Below the pieces are notes generated by a model that was given only the letters and a program-made list of their open reading frames with translations, ran no database searches and was not told the origin of the DNA. From NCBI GenBank assembly GCA_020697715.1, contig JAEHCO010000001.1:874149-938148 (forward strand): a stretch of 64,000 bases of DNA, read 5' to 3'. Positions 32,601-42,100 of the stretch are shown here, piece by piece (within the stretch, counting starts at the first letter, position 1; every line of letters starts with the position of its first letter). The position numbers and the translations under genes were made by a program. This stretch comes from Methanobacteriota archaeon (GTDB taxonomy: Archaea; Thermoplasmatota; Thermoplasmata; SG8-5; JAGLSY01).

Positions 32601-34580
32601 ATCGACCATTGAAGTGATACCGAAGCATCCGACATCCATTGGTGGTGCGATGTATATGTCCAGAGGGGCGATATTGTTGTTCTCATTGGATTCAGATATC
32701 GCATCAAGGTGATCTGGTATTATACAGAGTGCGTAATATCCCTCGTATCCTGTAGTATCCCAGTTGTAGGTGACATCGGATGTGCCTCCAGATGGTATGG
32801 TCCCTGCATTCTCCGTGCCTATTAGGGCACCGCCACTGGATGGGTCTCCATCATATACGCCTACAATGACATCTGAACCGGTAGATGAACGTCCAGCATT
32901 GCTTACTGTTATGTGAACTGGGATGACATCTCCGCTATTTGGTGATGCAGAGTAGTTCAACCATGCATGAATGTATGATGGATTGTCCCACCATCCAGTT
33001 GGATAATTCGCAGGATTCAATGTAACTTCTCCTGTGCCATAATCTAGGAAATAATCATCCCATCCGCCAGTACCAACTTCGAACATCTGCCACCAATCCC
33101 ATGGGTCTGAACCGAACTCATTCTCATCTGCGAATATGGTGCAGTCAATTATATTGGAATATCCTAGGTTGAAAGATGTCTGGAACTCCACCATTGGGCC
33201 ATATACTGTTTCATTGACCACTGCTAATGTTGGTGAATCATAGTAGACATCTGATGCCTGGATGGCAACATCTGGAGTATTGTCTGCAAAGTCATAATAG
33301 ACCGCCTGATGAACTTCCATTGTCTCTTCATCGTATATCGCGGCTATGACACCCAGCTCATCCAGGTTCCATGCGGGCATTGCCCCTCCACCAAGGTTAG
33401 CAGCTCTTACTACTGGGTTCCTGGAAAAGAATACATCCTGATAGGTTATTGTTTCTCCCCTGTTAGTAAGTGTACCTTCAAGGGCCTCATCTGTACCCAC
33501 CCACTGTTGCATGGAATATCTTATATTGTAATCCTTGACAGTGTATCCGGGACCTGTTGGTCCTAATGCATTGTTCCTCTGTACAACAGTGTTATAATCA
33601 TCAACTATGAAGAAAGTGGTAACGAACTTGTCTGAATCATAACCAAGGTCTCCCATGTTCCCAATTGATGATATGGCCAATGAGAAAGTCCCCTCCTCAA
33701 GGACATCGTCATATGAACCGTTCAATGTCATTGTCAGGTCACTTGGTGTCGCGATCCTTGCATCCAAGTCTGTTTGAATGAACTCTGGAACTGCTCCTCC
33801 ATCTCCATCCCATCTTCCTGTTGATGTTGAATCACAATCTGAGTAATAAGCACCACTGCCGTCATACTTTCCTCCAGCTCCACCATCTATGGCGAAACCA
33901 CCGGCATTCATCAGATCATTTGCATCTCCTGCTGTATCTGAATTAAGGTAAGCGGGGAATGTGTCCAGTCCATAAGGAGCTGTATAGTACTCTCTCATAG
34001 CAGCATCATCTGCTGGATCTCCTCCGAGAAGCCAATTGAACTCTCCTGGAGCGAATTCCCAATCCTGCAATCCCCAATAAGATGCGCTGACGATGTTTCC
34101 ATCCATCCAGCTGTTCAATTCCATAAGAGCGACATCATTCCTTGAGTAGGCCGCAGCCTGGTTACCTGCATATAGATACGCTGGTACAAAGGAACCATTG
34201 TCAATTCCAGATGCTATCTCAAGCAGAACGGTCCTGCCTGTGTCCACATCTGGGAACAGGGAATTTATTTGAGGAGGTTCTTCAGCTGCCAATATGACAT
34301 TATCTCCCTCACTTGCTTTATAATCCGCTCTGTACTCGGTCAATTGTCTTATCCCGGGTGCAGAATCCAGAACAGTGCTTCCAGCCTTCATAGGTATTCT
34401 GTCAGCAACTATCTGCCGTGAAAGGTCAATGGATTCAGCACTTACCAATGAATCTGAATTCGTAATACCAGATCCAATAAGTCCTGTAAGTGATGCCATT
34501 AGCATCACGATGATCAATATGCTTGCCCCAATTTTCTTATTTGTATGCATGCCCATTATATCCATTCCTACTCCCTCCAA
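29670..34580 (-). CDS. Large secreted non-peptidase protein, 1636 aa (CARDB-like, jelly-roll and FN3-like domains plus the shared C-terminal domain)
   Basis: Signal peptide; CARDB-like ISESNENNN; jelly-roll WDGGVLDVS...GWNVDDI; no S8 motifs; ends GWNMVGFP...GYWVY...WIIP. Confidence 0.8.
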   Translation of the reverse strand: MEGVGMDIMGMHTNKKIGASILIIVMLMASLTGLIGSGITNSDSLVSAESIDLSRQIVADRIPMKAGSTVLDSAPGIRQLTEYRADYKASEGDNVILAAEEPPQINSLFPDVDTGRTVLLEIASGIDNGSFVPAYLYAGNQAAAYSRNDVALMELNSWMDGNIVSASYWGLQDWEFAPGEFNWLLGGDPADDAAMREYYTAPYGLDTFPAYLNSDTAGDANDLMNAGGFAIDGGAGGKYDGSGAYYSDCDSTSTGRWDGDGGAVPEFIQTDLDARIATPSDLTMTLNGSYDDVLEEGTFSLAISSIGNMGDLGYDSDKFVTTFFIVDDYNTVVQRNNALGPTGPGYTVKDYNIRYSMQQWVGTDEALEGTLTNRGETITYQDVFFSRNPVVRAANLGGGAMPAWNLDELGVIAAIYDEETMEVHQAVYYDFADNTPDVAIQASDVYYDSPTLAVVNETVYGPMVEFQTSFNLGYSNIIDCTIFADENEFGSDPWDWWQMFEVGTGGWDDYFLDYGTGEVTLNPANYPTGWWDNPSYIHAWLNYSASPNSGDVIPVHITVSNAGRSSTGSDVIVGVYDGDPSSGGALIGTENAGTIPSGGTSDVTYNWDTTGYEGYYALCIIPDHLDAISESNENNNIAPLDIYIAPPMDVGCFGITSMVDGNTYEWGPRTIDATIGNAGTTTQGPFPVKIEINHLGSTTYLLNDDCESGILPGWTPDGPAAPGWDLRENAANSPATSWDFGNGNYGAGPHDYKLEFGPFDLTGAFTSAEWKWFHNYDWEAGWDGGVLDVSADGAAWTRVVSTNGYDAALGTGYANPIDGDGGADAFTGASGGFVEDSVDLTPWLGDNTVWVRYWAGCDDFAGGGTGWNVDDIRISKKTAGLGSLYTNVKDTTLTLAQLETEQMNWMYDFDDEAEYEISVMSMLPGDAVAINNETLINIYTVNSMPPGPVTDLLSQPGGAGSTFYQQASSDIAVENNGIVNTYAATQMPADAVTEDITELFSAGGGTANALPSVIEAGDTAGTTVAQINGDDGTTNTIGKNGIMWIDNFDTSGNPDPVSAATLWMKFSTQAGHGATNDVEFSINEGGAWLGTGIVPTDGDNNRVASYNIFADGVDTIAEIAALDVHYINNDPGGADAVYFDYVWVTYDYGAAGSSYSLEHQWQFQGVPAGSTHMFYATTGFTGDDTFEYYYSQTGAFAGEETLMATDSTPGLDQFSYDLGAGFNGAFYVAVRDTDPADTTTADVVSIDEMYVETIVTTSPDDLILTWTLSSDDGAGAYDVTGYDIYKADEANSEWYEGPYSLVGNVGAGTSQYVDTNEILDPENCWYYVVATDGTYDSIDSGIVSKFDTLPGAFNVLADGVTPLSITIGTGIITLTADIVDNTTVDENVFPFLYGAEWFDTVDPGIGLANAIASPFDLFWDGPLDNFTVVIDTSSWGAGDHILSVRGNGPNGWGPVTTVTVTVTAPEYLIPVVAGWNFVSLPLLPGDTSLPNALMDTDGDTTWNTFHHYDGSAAPGSNWKTYISAFPGINHNYMDEEMGAWIFVDTVGDGFIKVTGVNPSGTTINLVAGWNMVGFPSQVEGYTAGDLKTDSGGSVTAVERFNGAAAYNTEVMPDIDQFQIGEGYWVYSTGAYAWIIP

Positions 34581-34943
34581 GATATCACGAATAAAGATGT
34601 GATATTGTTTTTATAAATCTCATATCTTGATTTCGAAGTTGAAAATATATATTGGAAGTAGGGCTATAAATAAGTATTCACTTAAAATATCATGGGTTTT
34701 TTATAATATATATATGTTTCTATATGATATATATATATCTTTGGGTTATCAATTGTTTGGTTGATTGAATTCAATATTATGAAAATTATATATATTGTTA
34801 ATCTATTATACTATATATATTTTCCTATGGGATGTATTTATATGTTTCGCTCCGGCATTTTAACAATAGTTACTCGTCAGTTTTAAGAAAGAATCAACCC
34901 TCTATGCTGTTTGTAAAGGCTTGATAAAATAAAAAGTAAAATG

Positions 34944-34967
34944 TGAGAGAGCCCGAAAGCTCTCTCA
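34944..34967 (-). terminator. Conserved array terminator hairpin
   Basis: tgagagagc-ccgaaa-gctctctca, followed by a T tract on the minus strand. Confidence 0.75.
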
Positions 34968-34985
34968 TTTTGCTTCTTTCTCTCA

Positions 34986-35402
34986 CTTACCAGTCCACAG
35001 TCCATATTGTTCCACTGCCGACCTTCACCCAGTACGCCTCACCACGCTGTAGGACATAGTTATTCGCCAGTGTGATGATATTGTATGGCCCAGCACCGTA
35101 GCCCTCAACAGAGGTTGCTCCAGTATCTGCTTTGAGATCGCCAACATCATATGATGAATCATCCTGGGCGGGATAACCAATTAGGTTCCAACCAGTGTTC
35201 AGAGTGATGTCTGTATTTGTTGGTTCTTGACCCTCTCCGACACTCAGGAGTGCTCCGGCTGTTGTGAGCTTCACCCACATGCCCTTCGCATTGTCCACGG
35301 ATGGCATATCCTGTGCTAATCCTGCAGCGAACTGTGCCTTGTCATAGGTCTTCCAATGGTCAGAAGCATCTGCTGGATCGTACCAGCAAACAACTTCCCA
35401 TG
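34986..35402. repeat. 417-bp exact direct repeat, copy 1 (matches 51655-52071)
   Basis: Base-by-base comparison by eye shows identity up to the first mismatch at 35403/52072; similarity continues to about 35530. Confidence 0.85.
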
Positions 35403-38400
35403 TGGTGTCACCATTACCCCAGTTCGCATCATCGAGAACTGTTAGCACATCTCCAGATGCTGTTATTGGGAATGAGACAAAGATCCAGTCTCCTGGCGCG
35501 GCTGTGCTGGTGTCGATGTCATATGGCACTGGTGCCACTCCTCCAGGTTCTGGCACTGCATTGGTGTTAGTATCCTCATTGCCAACATCATCCACTGCGC
35601 GTACGACATACCACCATGTGGTGACGTCGAACTCTCCCACGCCAGGATCCGTATATGTGTCGGTGCCTGCGGGTACACTGTCTATCAATGCTCCAGCATC
35701 CCATGGGCCGGCTGCATTATCAGCTCTGTAGATATTGTACTGAGCAACATCATCGGCTCCTGCACCATCATCTCCAGAAAGTGTCCAATTAAGGCAGTTA
35801 TCATTCGTGCCGCCGGAAACAAGAGCCTCCACACGTACATCATCGATATTCCATCCACAATATTGCCAGCTTCCATCACTGCCTCCTATTTCGAATCTTA
35901 TGTAGACAGTTGCTTGGTTATCAGCCCATCCGGATATATCATAGGTTTGTAGACCCCATGCGGAATCCGCTATAGTTGCTGTATTGGCCCATATCTCATT
36001 CCATGCCACTCCGTTTGTGCTGATCTCCAGATAAGCATGGTCATATAGTGGCTGTTCCACATTCAAATACCTCTGGAAGTAGAGAGTTGTGCCAGTTGCC
36101 AGGGAACAATCGATGGCTGGCGAGTATATGTAATTGGAATCTGTTCCCAGGTTTATTTCATAATCACCAGGATATGTACCAATTCCAGTAAGATCATTTC
36201 CTATGCTGAAGGTACCGCTGAACGCACCGTTCGGGTCTGCATTTCCATAATTACCACCTAGTCCGCTAGGTGTATCTATTTCCCAGTCATTACTTCCGCC
36301 GCCAGTTGTCCATCCCAGTTCGGCAAAGGTCGGTGAGCCATCGCCCTCGAAGTCTTCAAAGTAAACATCCTGGATAGCCTGTCCCCACCATTCCACTGTC
36401 AATCCAGTGACTGGCAAGACTCCACTATCTATCGTGGCAGTATCTGTAACGGTTGCCGGGCCACTACCATCATTCAAGTCATTGTAGGTCGCGGTAATTG
36501 TGTCACCATTTGATACATGAAGAATTCCTCCGCCATCTGTGGCTGAAAGAGTGATCGTGCTCTCGAAAATACTTGTATCTGGGCCAGTTTCCGTGAGTGT
36601 CACGGTCTCACCCAATGGTTCCGTATTGCTGTTTATGTTGATATTAACAGTCTCTGAAGACCCAGGGAGTGTGTTTAGATCGGTGTCGCCAACAGTTATC
36701 GTGGCCACATCTTCTCCAGCATAAACATTCTGATCCAGATCTATCGTTCCTTGCTGGGAAACATCCACTGCATTGTAAATGACCAGTGAATAATCCTGGT
36801 CGTCAGTACCATCAAAATCACAATCTCTTAGTATGTTAGTTCCAATGACCCGAACTGTATACTGGCCAACTTCAAGGCTTCCTGATGGAATATAAACACA
36901 TTCCACATTGTTCACATTATCATATCCGTCTCCTGTGGTATCCCAAATCGCTTGCGGGTCAGTATTTGCCGGTGTCCAGCCATTTAAGAATGCATTACCA
37001 TGGTATATGTCACCCAATGGGCTCTCTATTTCAAGGTTAACTTGATTCTGAAGCGTTGGGTTCGCACCACCCGTTGCATATAGGTCTGTGTATGCCAATG
37101 TGATCTTCAATGGCTCTGATGCATCGGCATATGAGAATGTGAATTCATCTGTCACGCCTGGTGTCAGTTCACCTACTTCGTCCTTTAGGATAAATGGTGC
37201 GGGAGGATCCATAATTGTTGGCAAGAACATCCTTCCCCATCCTTCATCTCTGTTTGGTATGTCCGCTGCGCCAATATCCACTGCTGTGTTTATTGTCAAT
37301 GCCTTGGCCATGGAAGGTGTTATGATCTGACCGTATGTGGCCAGATACCATTCGTATATCACTGCAACACCGCCGGCCACTGTTGGGTTGGCCTGGGATG
37401 TTCCAGAGCACCACTCGTATCTATTATCATCATCGTAAGTTCCATATAGACAGTCTATGGAAGCATCTGTGGAGCGGGGAGAAAGTGTTCCAGAACCTGC
37501 TGCAACAACATCTGGTTTTATCCTATTATCATCGGTCCAGCCCCTTGAGCTGAAATCAATGATCTGATCTGGATTGTCAGCATCAGTGTTCGGATCAACA
37601 TCGTTTCCATAGTTAGCCATGTCTGGCCAGTAATTCTCTGTCGCTCCCACCGTTATAACATTCTTCGCATTGCCAGGACTGCCTATGGTATTGGTCCCTG
37701 ACCCATCATTGCTCGCTGCAACGGTGATTATCAATTGTTGGTTTCCAGCTGCATTGTCATCCGCATCCCTGACCGCATGGTCATATGCTTCATCACGAGC
37801 GTCATATGCCCCATATGTTGAGCCGCCCCATGAATTAGAGTGTACCATCACACCAGCTCTTTGGGCATCTTCTAAAATTGTATAATAATCTGCTGGGCCT
37901 GCCCAACCGCCAGCATCAGTGAATATTTTCTGTGCATATATCTCGGCATCATATGCCAATCCCATTCCAGCGTAGTAGTCGCCGAATCCACTGTGAGTTA
38001 CACCAGTTCCTTCGAAACCATTGGCAACTATAAGACCTGCACAATGCGTCCCATGGCCATGTCCATCTGCCCAGTCGCCTGCTCCATATTCAGTTCCACC
38101 AATCACTCGATTTTCAAAATCAACATGGTTCGCATCCCCTGTGGTCCCGTCGCCTATGCCTGTATCTGCAATACCTACGATAACTCCATCGCCCGTCCAT
38201 CCAAGGTGATTGACATATGTTCCGAATCCACCTCCTGTGTCTCTGTATGGTGTGTCTGGGTCACTATCTGGATCATCAACCCAAAGGAAGCCACCAATCT
38301 GTTGCATGCCGGATTCATCTTTAAGTTCATTCTCGATGTATGGGGAAATGTAATGGACATCTTTAAAAGATGCCACTGTGTTCACGACACTGGCATCCTT

Positions 38401-38865
38401 CAATATTCCTCTTATGACATAGCCATTTGATGTTTCTCCTTCCTGGAAGACGTCGACATAATTCGCTATATCCTGCACGGTGTCCATCATACTGGCGGAA
38501 TACATCAGAGATATGGCAACACCATTTCCATTTGCAGCTATATCTGGAGATATCTTCGCCTCGTTCGGTAACTCGCTGACCGTCTTCACATATGGAAGAG
38601 CCTCGGTGATAGTCTTTTCCGATCCCGACATCTTCACTTCATATCCCTTTCCCTGAACATAGGTGATGATATCCACACCTATGGCATCCAGGGCATCGGA
38701 CCACCCCTCCTGAACTGGTCCAGTGAAATCAACGTAATATACGTCCTCCACATCGGCATATGCTTTCTGATCATTATCCGTGGCTAGACTTACTGGCATT
38801 ATCATGCTAACAGCTATGATGATCGATATTAAAACGCCCACGATATTCAATTTTTTAAATTCCAT
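34987..38865 (-). CDS. Secreted S8 subtilase, ~1290 aa
   Basis: Triad IADTG / HGHGTH / SGTSQA and oxyanion AASNDG. Start taken at MEFKKL (38865). Ends WTVDW. Confidence 0.9.
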   Translation of the reverse strand: MEFKKLNIVGVLISIIIAVSMIMPVSLATDNDQKAYADVEDVYYVDFTGPVQEGWSDALDAIGVDIITYVQGKGYEVKMSGSEKTITEALPYVKTVSELPNEAKISPDIAANGNGVAISLMYSASMMDTVQDIANYVDVFQEGETSNGYVIRGILKDASVVNTVASFKDVHYISPYIENELKDESGMQQIGGFLWVDDPDSDPDTPYRDTGGGFGTYVNHLGWTGDGVIVGIADTGIGDGTTGDANHVDFENRVIGGTEYGAGDWADGHGHGTHCAGLIVANGFEGTGVTHSGFGDYYAGMGLAYDAEIYAQKIFTDAGGWAGPADYYTILEDAQRAGVMVHSNSWGGSTYGAYDARDEAYDHAVRDADDNAAGNQQLIITVAASNDGSGTNTIGSPGNAKNVITVGATENYWPDMANYGNDVDPNTDADNPDQIIDFSSRGWTDDNRIKPDVVAAGSGTLSPRSTDASIDCLYGTYDDDNRYEWCSGTSQANPTVAGGVAVIYEWYLATYGQIITPSMAKALTINTAVDIGAADIPNRDEGWGRMFLPTIMDPPAPFILKDEVGELTPGVTDEFTFSYADASEPLKITLAYTDLYATGGANPTLQNQVNLEIESPLGDIYHGNAFLNGWTPANTDPQAIWDTTGDGYDNVNNVECVYIPSGSLEVGQYTVRVIGTNILRDCDFDGTDDQDYSLVIYNAVDVSQQGTIDLDQNVYAGEDVATITVGDTDLNTLPGSSETVNININSNTEPLGETVTLTETGPDTSIFESTITLSATDGGGILHVSNGDTITATYNDLNDGSGPATVTDTATIDSGVLPVTGLTVEWWGQAIQDVYFEDFEGDGSPTFAELGWTTGGGSNDWEIDTPSGLGGNYGNADPNGAFSGTFSIGNDLTGIGTYPGDYEINLGTDSNYIYSPAIDCSLATGTTLYFQRYLNVEQPLYDHAYLEISTNGVAWNEIWANTATIADSAWGLQTYDISGWADNQATVYIRFEIGGSDGSWQYCGWNIDDVRVEALVSGGTNDNCLNWTLSGDDGAGADDVAQYNIYRADNAAGPWDAGALIDSVPAGTDTYTDPGVGEFDVTTWWYVVRAVDDVGNEDTNTNAVPEPGGVAPVPYDIDTSTAAPGDWIFVSFPITASGDVLTVLDDANWGNGDTTWEVVCWYDPADASDHWKTYDKAQFAAGLAQDMPSVDNAKGMWVKLTTAGALLSVGEGQEPTNTDITLNTGWNLIGYPAQDDSSYDVGDLKADTGATSVEGYGAGPYNIITLANNYVLQRGEAYWVKVGSGTIWTVDW

Positions 38866-39078
38866 TTTACCTTCTCCTTCCCTACACATCGAGAACCCTT
38901 GCCAGGTTCTCGAAAATGTAAATTCGATTTCCTTTGTTCATTAAGTATTGGATAAAAAATAAATGTATAACATGCTATAAATAATTAGTTGTATAGTTTT
39001 TTCAACTAATTTTTTACTATTAATGTTTTTTGATAGAACCATATAAAATAGTTTTGTCTATTTTTATAAATTGAAAAT

Positions 39079-39103
39079 ATGAGAGAGTCGAAAGCTCTCT
39101 CAT
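39079..39103 (-). terminator. Conserved array terminator hairpin
   Basis: atgagagagt-cgaaa-gctctctcat. Confidence 0.75.
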
Positions 39104-39118
39104 TATGCCCTCGCTCGC

Positions 39119-42100
39119 TTACCAGTCCACAGTCCAGGTAATATCCGAAGATACATAGACCCAGTACGCCTCTCCACGCTGTAGGACATAATTGTCATCC
39201 AGTGTGATGATATTGTATGGTCCAGGACCGTAGCCCTCAACTTTGGTTGCTCCAGTCGCTGTCTTCAGATCCAGAACATCGTAGATTGAATCATCCTGGG
39301 CCGGGTAACCGATGAGGTTCCAGCCAGTTTGCAGATCAAAGTTCGTCGTGCTTATTGGAATAAATCCTTCTCCAACAGTTAGTTCTGTCCCAGCTAATGA
39401 GAGTTTCACCCACATGCCCATAGTATTGTTGACATCTGGCAAGTCCTGTGCTATTCCAGCGGTTGCCTGTGCTTTGTCATAGGTCTTCCAGTGGTCTGCA
39501 TCTGTCGGATCATACCACACGATGACCTCCCATTCAGTGTCACCATTGCCCCAGTTCGCATCATCGAAAACTGTCAATACGTCGCCGGATGCAGTTATTG
39601 GGAAGGATACGAATATCCAATCACCTGGTGATGCCGCGCTGGTGTCTATGTCATAATATGGTGGTTGCGGACTAAATTCTGGAACTGAATTAGTGTTGGT
39701 ATCCTCATTTGATGAAAAATCCTCGGCTCTAACAATATACCACCAGAGTGTGGCATCTGCCATACCTGCTCCCATGTCAACCCAACTGGTTGTTCCAGAT
39801 GGAACTGTATCCATTAGGGTCCATGGACCGATAGCAGTGTCGGATCTGTAGATATTGTACTGCTCCACATCTGGTGAGACGGACTCTGTCCAGCTCACAG
39901 TATTGTGGTCTGTAGGATCACCATCCACTGTCCAGCTAAAACCAGCTATATTGGTATTTCGAGCTGCTGAGCCCCATTCCGCCATACTGCCAACCTGTGC
40001 AAGGCCTGCTACTTTTAGGTAGTAGCTGCAGGTCCATGCAGATGCATCCAGCTGAGTTGCTCCAAGCACATTTGTGGTAAATGTCTCCCTCAATGTAGTA
40101 GGTGGTGAGCTTGTGGATACATATAGCCTAACAACTATCGAGTCTCCAGCATCCAGTGGAGTTACAGGTGGTGTCCATGTCGCGGTGTTTATACCTTCAG
40201 ACTGAACAAGCCTGCTTGCAATACCAACTGCGGTTCCAGATGTTATCTCTGTTTCCACACCTGCACTGCTTCTTTGCCAAACTCTTATTCCTGCATAGAC
40301 TGGAACACGGTTACCCATGTTACCTGTGTTTGTTGCTGTAATAGACTGGGTCAGATCGAGTGAGTCAGCTGCCAATCCATTGACATTCACTGCTGTAGTT
40401 GTGAGATATCTCTGCTCAACTGTGGAAGAACCTGCTGGCCCATCATATTCCACGGTAAGTCCAGTCACCGGTACAGGTGGTGTTGTGTCAATAGTTGTGA
40501 AGGTCCATGTATCAGATTGTGTCGAGCCTGTTGCATCAGTTGCTATCGCGTACCAATTGTATGTGGTTTCTGAGAGCAGTGCTATTGCGCTGGTTGTGGC
40601 TGTGGCTCCGCTTGCAACTCCAACCACGGATGCGAATGGTGTGTCAGAAGGTGACCAGTAGAATACAATATTCATTGGATCTGATTCATAATCAGAAACA
40701 TCAACGCTGAATGCCTTGCTCACTGGTACATCGAGCTCTCCATCATATGGATCCGGGTTGGTAGGTTCATCCGGCCGTCTTGGTGCATCGATCAGTATCT
40801 CGGTCTCGGTCCAGTCTCCCCAGTTACCCTGGTCATCCTGTCCCTGGACCCATATCTTGTGCCATCCGCCTACCCAGCCAGTGGTATCAATGTGAGCTCC
40901 ACTTACAGCTGCCTCGGCTGGAGAGCTGAATAATCCATCTGCTGGTGTCATTGAGACCGGTATTGGATTGACATCTGTCTTGTACTGAACCGCGGCAATA
41001 TTATTGCCGCCGGTCTGCCAATCTTGTACATTGGCCATGACCATGACTATTTCCCCAGGCGAACAAAATACCTTGTCTGTAAAGGCTTGTTCAGTTATTG
41101 GCCCCAGAATGTCTGGTTCGGTATCCCAGCCATTATAAACATGCATGGCGACTATGTCTTGTCCGCCTTCTTTCACGAACTGGTTCTGTGCAATAAGTAC
41201 CGTATTGGAGTTCTCCCATGATGCAGATCGCTGCTTGCCCTTGGTATAACTGTCAAGCGTCAGGTACTGCACCTTTGTAGCCACGCCACCCGTGTAGTCG
41301 TCGTCATAGAACATCAATAAATTCGTCTGGCCATATGGGTCGTACCTGGCATTTCTGTGCATGAACACATACATGTAATCATCTACTGTGTAATCCATGT
41401 CCAGAAGGAACCTTGATCCATAATCATGGTCACTCGCTACAGGCCCATATGGCCCGTATCCCAAATTTGCATTGTTATCGAAACTGTCTCCGCCATCATC
41501 GGTCCACATGACAATAACACTTCTGTCACCATCTGTGTTCGCACCCTTGAGGTAGGCACCATAGTTCCTATTGCCATTAACACCCTGGTTTGCGGATACG
41601 CCTTGTGGGAACATCAGATTGTCAGGAGAATTAAGAGCTGTCTTCATTGAGCTCCATGATCCAGTGTAATACTGGAATGTCGCGTCCCTGTCCTGGGCCG
41701 CTTCTCCACTGTCCCTTTCATAGTACCAAAGTGCTATGTTGCCGAGGTGATCTGTGTATGCATGCGGGAAGAAATAGTACATGCCAACTACACCTGGATC
41801 TATTCGTGTCAATGCAGACCATGTAGCTCCTCCATCAGAGGATGATTTTCCTATTGCTGAGATAGAGACCAAGGAAGCAGTGCCTATGTCAGTACTTGAG
41901 TAACCGAAGTCCTCAACTATCAGATAGAATTGATCTCCATTTGGATACCATACTATGTTGGTCGTCCTGTATGTGTCTCTGCCAGCACTAACTACGCCTT
42001 CACCCTCAATGAAAGCATTTGACAATGTCCATGTGGTGTAAGGTGCGTCTGCGTAGTGTACCTTGACATATCCACTTCTAGTATCTGCCAGGCTACCGCC

